64,000 bases of DNA from the human T2T-CHM13v2.0 reference genome, Homo sapiens. A model generated the notes under the pieces. The model saw only the letters and a program-made list of their open reading frames with translations, did no database searches and was not told the DNA's origin. The stretch is taken from assembly GCA_009914755.4 (NCBI GenBank), contig CP068257.2, positions 25,952,001 through 26,016,000 of the forward strand. Direction: 5' to 3'. Shown piece after piece: positions 1 to 13,600 of the stretch. Made by a program: the position numbers and the translations under genes. How positions within the stretch are numbered: position 1 is the first letter of the stretch; each line of letters starts with the position of its first letter.

Positions 1-39
1 TGATGAGAAGGAATGTTTAGAATCACTAAATCCTTGTAA

Positions 40-640
40 TTACTTTTCTATTGCTGCTGTAACAAATTATTGTTAGAATTTTAACAAGTGCAAATTTATT
101 ATCGCACAATTCTGCAGGTCAGAAGTCAGGTGGGATCAACTGGATCTACTCTGGATCTCACAAGGCCAATGCCAAAGTGCTGGCATGCCAGGGTTTTTAT
201 CTGAAAGCTTCTGAAAAGAATCCATTTCCAGGCTCATTCTGGTTGTAGACAGAATCCAGTTTCTTGTGCTTTTTGTGATCAAGGTCCCAATTTCCTTGCT
301 GGCTGTCAGATGGGGTTTGCATTTAGCTTCTTAGGGGCCTCACTCTAATCTTTGCATGGAGCTCGATGCCTCAGCCAGCAAAGTGTATCAAATTCTTTTC
401 ACACTTAGAATCTCTCTGACTTCTCCTTATCTCTGCCCCCAAACAGAGGACATTCTCTGCTTTTAAGGGCTCATATGATTAGATTGGGTTCACTTGGATA
501 ATCCAGAATAATCTTCTTAGTTTTACATCATTCACTTTAATTGTATCTACAAAAGATTTTTCTGCCATTTAGTATGATATATTCACAGGTTTAGAGAGTG
601 AACATCTTTAGGAAGACATTCTGCCCATCACATTCTTGAA
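40..640. repeat. Probable ancient interspersed repeat, family not assigned
   Basis: Long stretch resembling a common mammalian repeat consensus (motifs 'tgctgctgtaacaaatta...ttctgcaggtcagaagtc...ctctgactt...cttttaagggctcatatgattagattgggttcacttggataatccagaataatct'). The match is diverged, and I cannot name the family from memory. Confidence 0.3.
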
Positions 641-3600
641 TTCACTAATTGTTGGAACTATTAGAATAAATGGATAAGAAAAAAAGTGCCCTAACCTAGA
701 GATGGCAAAATTGAAATATTTAGAAAAAACTCTGTAATGCAATAGACAAAAATTTGAGCAACCTACCCTGTAACGTAAAGGTTCAGATCCAAGGCCTGTT
801 TTGATCCACTTTTCCAAGATGCTGATATCAGATGAGCTCATCTGGAAATAATTAGACTTAAAAATCATCTTTGAATTAAATTAAAAATCTGAAAACTAGA
901 AAGGATAGGACGTTGCTTAAATCAAGATTACTACCAGCCCATATAATGGTCTTAGTTTCATTGTATGGATTCCAAATCTTTTTCACCAAATAATTTCTTT
1001 ATTTTTTTCTTTTTTGCTTCTGTGCTTTATAGTTTTGAATCCAGCTGATTAGTTTGAATCTTGGACATATCTTGTTTTTGTTACTGTTGTTGATGGTGGT
1101 TGGTTGGTTGGTTGATTTTTAACTGCATTATGGTGAGAAATCTGCAGATACTTCCAATTTTTCAGGAATGTTTTGAAAAAGCACTTCCACTGTGCTGCCT
1201 TCCAGTTCTCCTCCTTCCAGACTGTCCTTGTTGCTTCTTGAATAAACCGAGCTTATTCTAACCCTTGGACATGGTTTCCTCCTTATGGAGGGTGCTTTCC
1301 ATGATTGTCATTGACTAACTCCCTGATGTTCTTCAGATTCAGTTTGGTCGTCATCATCTAGGAATTCTATTTGTCTACCTAATATAAAGTATACATTCAC
1401 CTATTCAATGTCATGTTACTCCATCTCAATTTTTTTCCATAGAAACTGTCACCAGCTGACATTTTTTATCATTTACTTATTTTTGATCGAATATTTTTTC
1501 CTATGTCCTCCTATAGTAGTACTAATGAATGAATGGATAAATAGGTGCAAGTATATCATTGCAGCCTTTTATTTTTGAACATTCTTCAAGACAAAATGAC
1601 ACAGATTACCTATAATTCCAGATTTCTAGCTATTGATACATTAGAACAAAAGCTGAGAATAAAATATTTTTTGCTTTAGTTAATGGATATGATATAACAA
1701 TAACTTAAGATGGTAGCATCTGTGGCTCTTTCGAAAACCCACTGTGATTTTCCATTGTCTGCATTCTTCAATTGTCCCCTTAGGGCCATTATTGAGATCC
1801 ATTCTCCCATGCTACTGCCCTGTATTTGGGGCTTACTTTTGTCCCATTTCTCTTTCATCAACAAGTCACACTGGGAGGGAGCAAACATCTCGATGTGGAT
1901 TTATCAGCAAATCTCTGGCACAGAGTGTTAAACCTGTCTAGAGTTTCAAATAGCATAATATGTTCTTTTCAACCACTATATAGACTTCATGTGTCCTGTG
2001 AAATACTACAGTTGCTATACTTCAAGTCCGAGTTAATGTTAAGAGCAAGTTTTGAGAGGAGGGTCCATTTTTTTGTACTTTTCACAAACACCCGTCTGAA
2101 AACAGTTACAGAAGTCTTGGGAACAGTTTTTCATAGCTTATCACCTCTTGTTCCCTCTGGCAGACATAGACGGCCACCCTGTAAGTCACAGGGATGGGTT
2201 TTCTGTGGTAATTGCTAAAGCATCGTCTTCCTGGAGTCTTTTCTTGTTTTCATGACTTCTGCATACACTTTTGATTGATATTTAGGCAATAGTGGATATA
2301 TGATATGTTTTTAGGAAGTTAGAGATTCCTTTAGATTTTTTAAAGAAGAGGTCCAATATTTTCAGAGCCTTGGAATTCGTTTCCAAAACCTCAGAGAATA
2401 GGGGGAAATGGTGTAGCACTGGTTACACTGCAGTTCCTGGTAGGGTGTGGAAGATGGTGTGGTGAGCTTGATTTCCTGTTTCAGAGATTAAAACAATTTT
2501 CTGAGGAAAAACATTTTTTCAAAAATCTTTTGGAGTATCCAGGGAGATTTCCTTCCAAGTGATTATTCCACAAAGGTAAGGAGGTGAGTCAGCCAGATGT
2601 GCTTTTTCTCATTTGGATAAACTTTTGATGGTCTCTGCTGAGGGACTTGAGTTTCCAACTTTTTGGACTCTGTCCAGCTGTTCTATTAGGGGAATGCACT
2701 TTTCAAATATGTTCAAGAATATAAGTCCTTCCAAGTACTTCTCTGACAAGTGTTTCTGTAAAACTGAATGGCAATTGCGGCATCCAAAAACATTAGAAAT
2801 GTGTATCTTTTGCATATCACAACAGTACAAAGAAGAAAGATGTGTGCTGCCCCCTGAACTGTAGTGCTTTTCTAAAATATGTTTGAACTTCAGATGTGTT
2901 TGCTTAAGGGTGTGATGGAACTAATATTCTTTATTTTGTGATAATGATTACTTGAGCACTGTCTGTGCCTTTTTTTTTTCCAAAGGAAGTACATTCTAAG
3001 CATTGCTTAATATCTGGCAGTCATTTAAGCAATAGAAAGAAACATTTGATATTTTTTGCATCATTTTCCATCCAAATAATAATATCAAAGCAAAAAAATA
3101 CCCAGACACTGGTTGTAAAAATATAGAAATTGTGGCAACAGCCAATTAGTTCCCAGAAAGTCTTTTGGTTTCATAAAACTTTCCATAATAATCATGCATT
3201 GGAAAATCTTCTGATACAAACAGGAGTCATAGTCAGGCTAATACATTAAATGAATCTAATTTATCCTCCTATTTCCAAAAAAGAAAACACATAGTCTGAA
3301 ATAGGATTCACAGAGCAACAACAAAAGCAAAAAAGATCAATATGTATTTAGTACACAGTAACTGAGGCAGAAACACTGCTATATTCATACACTATTACAT
3401 TTATACACTGTTTACATGAAGGAATTGTTGAGTGCTTGAAACATTTCAACGTGCAGTGCAACTCTGACCTGAGGTAGGATACAACAGGAAAAAATCAGGG
3501 ATTTTCCTGAAATCAATTCAATGCTGGTAACAAGTGCTTCAAAGACTGATCTATGGTTTCTACAGTGTTATTCACCAGGAAATGTACCCTCCAATAGCAA

Positions 3601-4156
3601 TATACCTTCTCTTCACTGTGTGCCATGGATAAATTTTAAACAAGGAAATTTTAAGATTGAGAAACTCTATGTTGTTTTACAGCTTCCTTCCTTAGAGCAA
3701 CTTTGGGATTTTAAATAAGTACCTTATGAAATTAAGTCATATGTGTTCTGTTTCCAGTACACTCTGAATATATGACTATATTGATTTTGGTGATTAGATC
3801 TATATCTTACCATGGTTGTATTTCTTGCTCCCAATAGACAAAAAGCAACCATAAGCCCCTTCTCACATGTTTAGTGATAGTAATCACTTCTAAAATAACT
3901 TTTTGTGAAATGACATTCCTCTTGATAACTTCACACATCGTATTTTGGATTTTAGACCTTGGCCATATAATCAGTTAATTTAATTTGAATGTAAGACACA
4001 GCTGGGATAAGATCCTGCTAAACTGAATACAAGTTAACTCCTTCTCTCCTCAGTCTCTCCTCATTTAAGATAAATATGTCATCTGTTTTCTATTGGGATC
4101 TTGACTAAGGCAGTGTTGTTACAACAGTCAAAATATGCTGTGTCTACTGTAATTTG

Positions 4157-4328
4157 TTTTTGTTTTGTTTTGTTTTGTTTTTGAGACAGAGTCTTACTCC
4201 ATTACCCAGGCTTGAGTGCAGTGGCGCGATCGTGGCTCACTGCAACCTCTGCCTATTGGGTTCAACTTATTCTTGTGCCTCAACCTCCTGAGTAGCTGGG
4301 ATTACAGGCATGAGCCACCATGCCCGGC
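4157..4328 (-). mobile_element. 5'-truncated Alu (right arm only), minus orientation
   Basis: A T-rich tail (ttttg)n runs 4157-4182, followed by the reverse complement of the Alu right monomer ('gagacagagtcttactcc...ggctcactgcaacctc...cctcctgagtagctgggattacaggcatgagccaccatgcccggc'). It is flanked by 12-bp target-site duplications, tactgtaatttg (4145-4156) and tactgtagtttg (4329-4340), matching at 11 of 12 positions. Confidence 0.85.
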
Positions 4329-6140
4329 TACTGTAGTTTGAATCAAGATATTTCTCATGTAAATAACAATGTGAACATCTTAATTTCAGAAAATATTCTC
4401 TAATTAGACTCATTTTTTTTCTACAGTACTCTTCATTTAAACAAAATCTCAAAAGCATATAAAACACAAATGTTCTGAGTCTTGCCAACTTTTGACTACA
4501 TACATATTTGTGTACCTAGACTATATTCACAAGAGACCTACTAATGTAAACAGATAAAACATGAGTTATCAAAGAGTCTTCCCCCTTTATTTCCGAAATT
4601 CAAAATGAATGCCCTACATGCTCTTAAAACCACTCTTAGCTATTGAGAAAAACTTGAAAGCAACAATTGCTGATTGCCAAATTTTCCCATAATTCTATCT
4701 CCTAGGCATATAGAAGAATTGTAATTTTTGTCCCCCATAAAAGTAGGTAGGGCTACTTGACTTGACTTGGTCAATGAAATAAGAGCAGAAGTGACATGTC
4801 ACTGCCTCTGAAAACGAGAGCCAGTGTCTAGTTCTCCAAGCTGCCTTCTTTCCTCATGCTTCAGAAAGTATGAAGACACAACTCAAAATAAAGCTTCCAG
4901 CATCCTGGAGTCTTGAATAACTCAGATGAGGAGAGCCCCTCTGTCAAAACAGTATGAACACTTAGGATCTGCAAGGAATATACTTAGCTTTTTAACGTAC
5001 TGAGACTAGGGGATGTTTTTGTTACTTCAGCATAATCTTGCCTATCCTGACTGATACAACTACTGTTACCATCCATCGTCCACCTGTGTTTCTTTCTTTG
5101 TCTTCAGCTCAGAAATCCCTTTGGCCACACAACTGTTACAACTAGCTATCATGCAGTCACCTATGTTCTACAGATGCAGCATAAATATCCATATCCCCTA
5201 TTGTTGCTAGATGCTATTGCAAAGGAAGAGGAGATGGCCTTTTTGAAACACTGTGCCACTTGGACAGCCAAAGAACTCTGCTTATGTTGCAGTGAAACAG
5301 TATCTCTCTTTAACAACTTTATTAGTTCTAGTCATTGTCCTTGCCATGAATAGCACTGATAGTTTTACTCCTGTCTTCAAGCAACTCATTTCCGAATTAA
5401 GAGACTAAGTAGGGAAATTATGTTCTGTAACATCTCCCGTTCTCCTATTCTTTCTCTTGTCCCATGTAAATACAGCAACAAAAATCTCTGTTTTGCTCAC
5501 TTATAAAACAAATGGTCTCATGCTAATCATTGAATGTAAACAGTTGGTGGTATTGATAGGGGGCAGGCAAGTTGTTCAGGCTAGTAGAATCTGAGCCATA
5601 CTTCACCCACCAAAAAATGTCAGGTTCCAGCAATGAAACAGATCATCTGAAGCTGGTGCCTCACCTCGTTTTCCTGTTTTACCAGTGATTTTACTGAGTT
5701 TTTAAAAGCCACTGAACTATAAAACCTTTTAATCTGAAAAAGTAATAGTTCATCATAGATTCGAACTATTATGTAGTTTTTTTTTCAATTACTTACTGTC
5801 AGATTATCTTTCTCCCAATTGTTTATAAATAATGGTAATTCATATTAGACGGTACCTTTATTGGGTGATTCCTCATGTATATTTATAAGTCAGCTCATAC
5901 AAAGTTACAATTTCAAAGATACATATGAACATAAAATATTTAGAATGCAATGAAAATTCTGATTCTCTGCGAATGACTTGCTCTTAGTTTAAATTTTTTA
6001 TTAAACTGTTTCTGTAGCATAATATATTTTATATTAGATTTATTCTTCAAAAATGAGCAATAAACAAAGGCTGATTGGACCACATGATTTGACTATTTTT
6101 ATTTTGCATGTAGTGCTATAAGCCACAGATTTTTTTTTTC

Positions 6141-6439
6141 TGATTCTCATCTCCCAGTTTTCCCAGCTACCCATTTAACCAGCCAGCCACCCTCCAGTTC
6201 ATTACACACCAATGTGCTACATCTTCTTTTTATCAACTTACCCTTTTATCTAATACTTCTACCTAGTATTTTCCTAGTATTTGCACTTCATATCTCATGT
6301 ATCTAAAGTAAATACATATATTTTAAAACTTTATATTTTAAAATTTTATCAAAACAGTACATGTACAATACTTAAGCAAAATAATGTCAGTAGGTTAATA
6401 TTTTAAAATAGCAGTCACTGTCCCATCCCCTCTTCTTCA
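6141..6439 (-). other. Non-L1 segment between the host L1's canonical 3' terminus and the terminal poly-A; candidate 3' transduction
   Basis: The host L1's canonical 3' end ('ttaacttttattttagg', the reverse complement of L1's '...CCTAAAATAAAAGTTAA') with its own short A-rich tail lies at ~6440-6460. A further ~300 bp of non-L1 sequence follows, then a second poly-A (poly-T 6132-6140) and the left copy of the target-site duplication. No canonical AATAAA is evident just upstream of the terminal poly-A. Confidence 0.4.
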
Positions 6440-7123
6440 GGTTTTATTTTTATTTTTAACTTTTATTTTAGGTTTGGGGGTATTATGTGAAGGTTTGTTA
6501 CATAGGTAAACTTGTGTGATGGGGGTTTTGTTGTACATATTATTCCATCACCCAGGTATTAAGTATCCAGTAGCTACCCTTTTGCTCCTCTTCGTTCTCC
6601 TGCCATCCCACTTCAAGTAGACTCCAGTGTCTGTTGTTTCCTTCTTTGTGTTTATAAGTTCTTGTCATTTAGCTCTTATTTATAAGACAGAACATGCAGT
6701 ATTTGGTTTCTGTTCCTGCATTAGTTTGCTAAGGAAAATGGCCTCCAGCTCCATCCAAGTTTCCGCAAAGGAAATGATCTCGTTCTTTTTTTATGGCTGC
6801 ATAGTATTCCATGGTGTATATGTACCACATCATCCAATCTGTCATTGATGGGCATTTAGGTTGATTCTATGTCTTTGCCATGCCATTGTGAATAGTGCTG
6901 CAATAAACATTCACATGCATGTCTTTATGGTAGAATGATTTATATTCCTCTGGGTATATACCCAGTAATGGGGTTGCTGGGTGGAATGGTAGTTCTATTT
7001 TATAGAACATTAAGGAATTGCCATAGTGCTTTCCACAATGCTTGAATGAATTTACACTCCCACCAACAGTATATAAGTATTGCCTTTTCTCTGCAACCTT
7101 GCCAGCATCTGTAGTTTTTTGAC
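6440..7123 (-). mobile_element. Host old L1, 3' UTR and ORF2 C-terminal portion (left piece)
   Basis: This is reverse-complemented L1 3'-end sequence, including 'ccagtaatggggttgctgggt' and 'ctgcaaccttgccagcatctgtagttttttgac'. It is contiguous in L1 coordinates with the sequence that resumes at 13550. Confidence 0.8.
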
Positions 7124-7339
7124 TTTTTTTTTTTTACTTTAAATTCCAAGATACATGTGCAGACAGTGTAGGTTTGTTACATAGGTATACATGTGCCATG
7201 GTGGTGTGCTGCACCTATCAAACCGTCCTCTAGGTTTTAAGCCCCGCATTCATTCGCTATTTGTCCTAATGTTCTCCCTCCCCTCTCCCCCAATCCCTAA
7301 CAGGCCCCAGTATGTTTTGTTCACCTCCCTGTGTCCATG

Positions 7340-10300
7340 TGTTCTCATTGTTCAACTCCCACTTAGGAATGAGAACATGTGGTGTTTGGGTTTCTGTTGC
7401 TGTGATAGTTCGCTGAGGATGATGGCTCCCAGCTTCATCTATGTCCCTGCGAAGGACATGATCTCATTCCTTTTTATGGCTGCATAGTATCTCATGGTGT
7501 ATACATACCACAGTTTCTTTATCTAGTCTATCATTGATGAGCATTTAAGTTGGTTCCTTGTCTTTGCTGTTGTAAATAGTGCTGCAATAAACATATATGC
7601 ACATGAGTCTTTGTAGTAGAATGATTTACATTCCTTTAGGTATATACCCAGTAATGGGATTGCTGGGTCAAATGGTATTTCAGGTTCTAGATCCTGGAGG
7701 AATCGCGACTCTGTATTCCACAATGGTTGGACTAATTCACATTTCTACCAAGTGGAAAAGCATTCCTATTTCTCCACAGCCTCATCAACATCTATCGTTT
7801 CTTGACTTTTTAATAAAGTCACCATTTTGACTGGTGTCAGATGGTATCTCATTGTGGTTTTGATTTGTATTTCTCTAATGATCAGTGGTGTCAAACTTTT
7901 TTCCATATGTTTGTTGCCTGCATAAATGTTTTCTTTTGAGAAGTGTCAGTTCATATTATTTGCCCACTTTTTGATGGGGTTGTTTTTTTCTTGTAAATTT
8001 GTTTAAATGTCTTATAGATTCTGGATATTAGTCCTTTGTCAGATGGGTAGATTGCAAAAATTTTCTCCCATTCTGTAGGTTGCCTGTTCACTCTGATGAT
8101 AGTAGAATCTCTGTGTAGAAGCTCTTTAGTTTAATCAGATCCCATTTGACAATTTTGGCTTTTATTGAAATTGCTTTTGGCATTTTCTTCAGGAAATCAA
8201 TGCCCATGCCTATGTCCTGAATGGTATTGCCTAGGTTTTCTTCTGGGGTTTTTAGAGCTTGGGGTTTTATATTTAAGTCTTTAATCCATCTGGAGTTAAT
8301 TTTTGTATAAGGTTTAAGGAAGGGGTCCGGTTTCAGTTTTCTGCATGTGGCTAGCTAGTTTCCTCAGCACCATTTATTAAATAGGGAATCCTTTCCCCAT
8401 TGCTTTCTTTTCATCAGCTTTGTCAAAGGTCAGATGGTTGTAGACGTGTGGTGTTACCTCTGAGGTCTATGTTCTGTTCCATTGATCTATATGTCTGTTT
8501 TGGTAGCAGTACTATGCCATTTTGGTTACTGTAGCTTTGTGATACGGTTTGAAGTCAGGTAGCATGATGCCCCCAGCTTTGTTCTTTTTGTCTTGACTAT
8601 ATGAGCCCTTTTTTGCTTCATATGAAATTTAAAGTAGTTTTTTTCTAACTATGTGAAGAATGTTGACGGCAGTTTGATGGAAACAGCATTGAGTCTATAA
8701 ATTACTTCGGGCTCTATGGCCATTTTTACAACATTGATTCTACCCATCCGTGAGGATGGAATGTTTATCCATTTGTTTGTGTCCTCCCTTATTTCCTTGA
8801 GCAGTTGTTTGTAGCTCTCCTTGAAGAGTTCTTTATGTCCCTTGTTAATTGTATTCCTAGGTATTTTATTCTCTTTGTAGGAATTGTGAATGGGAGTTCA
8901 TTTATGACTTGCCTCTCTGCCTTTCTGTTTTTGGTGTATGGGAATGCTTGTAATTTTTACACATTGATTTTGTTTCCTAAGACTTTGCTGAACCTGCTTA
9001 TCTGCTTAAGGAGTTTTTGGTCTGAGACAATGAGGTTTTCAAAATATAGAATCATGTCATCTGCAGACAAAGACAATTTGACTTCCTCTCTTCCTATTTG
9101 AATATCCTATATTTCTTTCTCTTTCCAGGTTGCCCTGGCCAGAACTTCCAATATTATGTTGAACAGGAGTGGTGAGAGTGGACATCCTTGTCTTGTGCTG
9201 GTTTTCAAAGGGAATGCATCCAGCTTTTGTGCATTCAGTATGATATTGGCTGGGAGTTTGTCATAAATGGCTCTTATTATTTTGAGATATGGTCCATCAA
9301 TACCTGGTTTGTTGAGAGTTTTTAACATGAAGGATGTTGAATTTTTTCAAAGGCCTTTTCAGCATCTATTGAGATAATCATGTGGTTTTTGTCATTGGTT
9401 CTGTTTATGTGATGGATTATGTTTATTGATTTGCATATGTTGAACCAGCCTTGCATCACAGGGATGAAGCCGACTTGATCATGGTGGATAAGTTTTTGAT
9501 GTGCTGCTGGATTTGGTTTGCCAGTATTTTCTTGAGGATTTTTGCATTGATGTTCATCAGGGATATAGGCCTAAAGTTTTTGTTGTTGTTGTTGTGTCTC
9601 TGCCAGGTTTTGGTATCAAGATGATGCTGGCCTCATAAAATGAGTTAGGGAGGAGTCCCCCCTTTTCAATTGCTTGGAATAGTTTCAGAAGGAATGGCAC
9701 CAGCTCCTCGTTGTATCTCTGGTAGATTTCACCTGTGAATTTGCCTACTCCTGGGCTTTATTATAGTTGGTAGGCTATTTATCACTGCCTCTATTTCAGA
9801 ACTGGTTATGGTCTATTCAGGGATTCAATTTCTTTCTGGTTTAGTCTTGGGAGGGTGTATGTGTCCACAAATTCATCCATTTCTTCTAGATTTTCTAGTT
9901 TATTTGCATAGAGGTGTTTATAGTATTCTCCAATGGTAGCTTGTATTTCTTTGGGGTCAGTGGTGATATCCCCTTTACCATTTTATATTTTTGTCTATTT
10001 GAATCTTCTCTCTTTTCTTCTTTATTAGTCTACCTAACAGTCTATCTGTTTTGTTATTTGTTTCAAAAAACCAACTCCTGGATTTATTGTTTCTCTAAAG
10101 GATTTTTTTATTTCTCTATCTCCTTCAACTCTGCGCTGATCTTAGTTATTACTTGTCTTCTGCTAGTTTTTGGATTCATTCACTCTTGCTTCTCTAGTTC
10201 TTTTAATTGTAATGTTAGGATGTTGATTTGAGATTTTTCTAGCTTTCTGATGTGGGCGTTTAGTGCTATAAGTTTCCCTCTTAACACTGCTTTAACTATG

Positions 10301-11170
10301 CCGCAGAGATATTGGTACGTTGTCTCTTCATTATCATTGGTTTCAAATAACTTCTTGATATCTGCCTTAATTTCCTTATTTATCCAGAAGTCATTCAGAA
10401 GCAGGTTGTTCAATTTCCAGATAGTTGTGTGGTTTTGAATGAATTTCTTAATCCTGAGTTTTAATTTGATTGCACTGTGGTCTCAGAGACTGTTTGTTAT
10501 GATTTCCGCTTTTTGAGTTTGCTGAGGAGTGTTTTACATCCTATTATGTGGTCAATTTTAGAATAAGTGCCATGTGGCACTGACAATGTATATGCTATTG
10601 ATTTGGGTTGGAGAGGTCTGTAGATGTCTGTTAGGTGCACTTGATCCAGAGCTGAGTTCAAGCCCTGAAATCCTTGATAATTTTCTGTCTTGTTGATCTG
10701 TCTAATATTCATTGTGGGGTGTTAAAGTCTCCCACTATCATTGTGTGGGAGTGTAAGTCTCTTTGTAGGTCTCTAAGAATATGTTTTTTTGAATCTAGGT
10801 GCTCCTGTTTTGGGTGCATATGTATTTAGGGTAGTTAGCTCTTCTTGTTGAATTGATCCTTTTACCATTATGTAATACCTTTCTTTGTCTTTTTTGATAT
10901 TGTTTGGTTTAAAGTCTGTTTTTTCAGAGACTAGGACTGAAACCCCTGCTTTTTTCTGCTGTCCATTTGCTTGGTAAATTTTCTTCCCTCCCTTTATTTT
11001 GAGCCTATGTGTGTCTTTGCACGTGAGATGAATCTCCTGAGTACAGCACACCGATGGGTCTTGACTCTTTATCCAATTTGCCAGTCTATGTCTTTTAATT
11101 GGGACATTTATCCCATTTACACTAAGTTTAATACTGTTCTGTGTGAATTTGATCCTCTCATCATGATCCT
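7340..11170 (-). pseudogene. L1 ORF2 remnant (endonuclease and reverse-transcriptase domains recognisable, multiple disruptions)
   Basis: Minus-strand ORF fragments include '...IHLTCKDTHRLKIKGGKKIYQANGQQKKAGVSVLVSEKTDFKP...' (endonuclease N-terminus) and '...[28 protein letters not shown]' (reverse-transcriptase motif). No intact ~1275-aa ORF is present. Coordinates are approximate. Confidence 0.6.
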
Positions 11171-11234
11171 ATTTGGTTATTTTGCACACTAGTTGATGCA
11201 GTTTCTTCATAGTATCATTGGTCTTTATATTTTT

Positions 11235-12230
11235 TGCGTGTTTTTGCAGTGGCAGGTACTGGTTCTTCCTTTCCATATTTAGTGCTTCCTTCAGGAGCTC
11301 TTGCAGGGCAGGCCTAGTGGTGATGAAATCCCTCAGCTTTTGCTTCTCTGGAAATGATTTTATTTCTCCTTCTTTATGAAGTTTAGATTGGCTGGATATG
11401 AAATTCTGGGTTGAAAGCCTCCACTTTCTTCTGGCTTGTAGGGGTCTGCTGAGAGGTCTGTTGTTAGTTTGATGGGCTTTGCTTTATAGATAACCTGGCC
11501 TTTCTAGCTGTCCTTTCTCTCTGGCTGCACTTAACGTTTTTTCCTTCATTTTGACCTTGAAGAATCTAGTGATTATGTGTCTTAGGGTTAATCTTCTTGT
11601 GGAGTATCTTAGTGGTATTCTCTGTATTTCCTGAATTTGAATGTTGGCCTGTCTTGCTAGGTTGAGGAAGTTCTCCTGGATGATATCCTGAAGTGTTTTT
11701 TCCCACTTGGTTCCATTCTCTCTGTCTCTTTCAGGTACTCCAAATCAATTGTACGTTTAGTCTTTTTACATCATCCCATGTTTCTAGAAGGTTTTGTTCA
11801 TTACTATCCATTTGTTTTACTCTAATCTTGCTTGCATGCTTTATTTCCAGCAAGATTGTCTTCAAACTCTGATATTCTTTATTCTGCTTGATTGATTTGG
11901 CTATTGATACTTGGGTATTCTTCTGGAAGTTCTTGTGCTGTGTTTTTCAGCTCCATGAGATCATTTATGTTCCTCTGTAAACTGGTTATTCTAGTTAGCA
12001 GCTCTTGTAACCTTTTATGAAGGTTCTTAGCTTCTTTGCATTGGGTTACAACATGCTCCTTTAGCTCAGCAGAATTTGTTATTACCCACATTCTGAAGCC
12101 TACTTCCGTCAATTCGTCCATCTCATCCCCCGCCTAATTCTGCACCCTTGCTGGAGAGGTGTTGCAATCATCTGGAGAGTAAGGGGCACTCTGGCCTTTC
12201 ATGTTAAGCCTTTTTTTCATTGATTATTTT
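11235..12230 (-). pseudogene. L1 ORF1 remnant (disrupted)
   Basis: The minus-strand ORF 11879-12121 encodes 'MDELTEVGFRMWVITNSAELKEHV...DLMELKNTAQEL', homologous to the L1 ORF1p coiled-coil region. The reading frame is broken by stop codons and frameshifts elsewhere. Coordinates are approximate. Confidence 0.6.
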
Positions 12231-13549
12231 TCATCTTCATGAGTTTATCTAGTTTCAATCTTTGAGGCTGCTTGGCTGAGGTTCTTATGGGGACTTTTGT
12301 TGTTGATGCTGTTGTTGTTGCTTTCTGTTTGTTTTTCTTTCAATGGTCAGGTGCCTCTTCTATAGGGCTGCTGCAGTTTGCAGGGGGTTCACTTCAGGCC
12401 CTCTTCATCTGGTTTGCTCCTGTGCCTGGATATGTCACTCGAGGAGGCTGGAGAACAGCAAAGATGGGTGCCTGCTCCTTCCTCTGGGATCTCTAAACTC
12501 AAGGCGTATCAACCTGAGGCCAGTAGGAACGCTCCCATGTAGGGTGTCTGACAAACCCTGTTGGAGGGTCTCACCCAGTTGGGTGGCATAGGGAGTAGGA
12601 CCCATTTAACAAAGCACTTGAGCTGTCCCTTTTTGGAGGGGGTGTGCTACGTTGGGGAGAAATCCACTTGTCTGGGCTGCCTGGATTCCTCAGAAGTACC
12701 AGGAGGAAAGACTAAATCTACTGGTCCATGGGGACTATGGCCACCCCTTCCCCTAGAAGCTAAGGTCCAGGCAGATCAGAGTTCTGTCCCTGAGACCCTG
12801 GCTGGAGTTGTTGGAGTTCCTGCAGGGAGGCGCCACCAAGTGAGAAGGTATGGGTCAGGATCAGGCCTGAAGAGGCACTCTGGCCACAGTCTGCCACAGC
12901 CAGTGTGTTGGGCTGTGGGGAATACCTTTTGGGACTAAGCCGTCCAGCCTCCCTGGCTCCAGCATGGGCAAAGCACAGCCTGGAACTACAGAGATGGCTG
13001 CTACCTTTCCCCCACCCTAGGAGCTTAGTGTGTTAGGCAGCTGGCAGTCCCAGTGTTGGCTACCACCCCTTCCCTAAGGAGTTCAAATGGCTTAGACAGC
13101 AGGCAGCCTTAGCTGTGGTGCTGGCTGCCCCTACCCCCAGGTACTTGGCAAGCTTAAGCAGATTCTAGCTGAGTGGATGTTGAGAATCTGTGCATCTCCG
13201 TGGTTGGGACCCTAGGCCCTGGTGGCAGGGGCTTACAAGTGGGATCTTCCGATCCGTGGGTTGCACAGTCCACAGAGAAAGCATGGTTTCCTAGGCTGGG
13301 TAGCACGCTCACTCACCGCCTCCTTTGACTGGGGGATGGAGGCTCCCCTGCCCAGTGTGGCTCTCAGGTGTGCGGCCTCAACACACTGCTCTTCCTTCCT
13401 CTCTGTGGGTCATGCCAGCCACCTAGTCAGTTCCGATGACAGCGCCTGGATCCCCAGTTGACGATGCAGGATTCGCATGCTGTTATGGTTCTTTTTGATG
13501 GGCTCTTCCAATTGCCACTGCTTCTAGTTGGCCATCTTGGCCCTGATCC
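12122..13549 (-). promoter_or_regulatory. L1PA 5'UTR (internal RNA polymerase II sense promoter, potential antisense promoter); only CpG-rich patch in the window
   Basis: This is the region upstream of the ORF1 remnant. A YY1-type core 'ccaagatggc' (reverse complement of 'gccatcttgg' at 13531-13540) lies at the element's 5' terminus. There are multiple CpGs, e.g. 'gacgatgcaggattcgcatg' and 'cgatgacagcgcctgg'. Confidence 0.5.
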
Positions 13550-13600
13550 CCTTGACTTTTTAATAATAGCCATTCTGACTGGTGTGAGATGGCATCTCAT

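Larger units (their letters stand above)
7124..13549 (-). mobile_element. Near-full-length (~6.4 kb) L1PA-type LINE-1, inactive, inserted into the older L1
   Basis: The element reads 3'-to-5' on the minus strand: poly-T 7124-7135, 3'UTR, ORF2, ORF1, a ~1.4 kb 5'UTR, and the L1 5' end 'ctagttggccatcttggccctgatcccc' (reverse complement of the GGGGGAGGAGCCAAGATGGCCGAATAGG-type start). ORF-track fragments on the minus strand match L1 ORF1p (11879-12121) and ORF2p endonuclease/reverse-transcriptase regions (10773-11051, 10497-10712, 10180-10413, 9107-9328). Flanking target-site duplication is ~'ttgacttttt' (7119-7128 and 13550-13559). The ORF1p sequence is diverged from L1PA2-like, so this is probably an older L1PA (roughly L1PA7 to L1PB). 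Confidence 0.85.

Noticed and set aside
12122-13549. GC/CpG-rich patch that could be mistaken for a gene promoter CpG island
   Set aside because: It is the 5'UTR of the L1PA element. It carries the L1 terminal 'ggccatcttgg' YY1-type motif and L1 5'UTR homology throughout. It is annotated as L1 regulatory sequence, not a host gene promoter.
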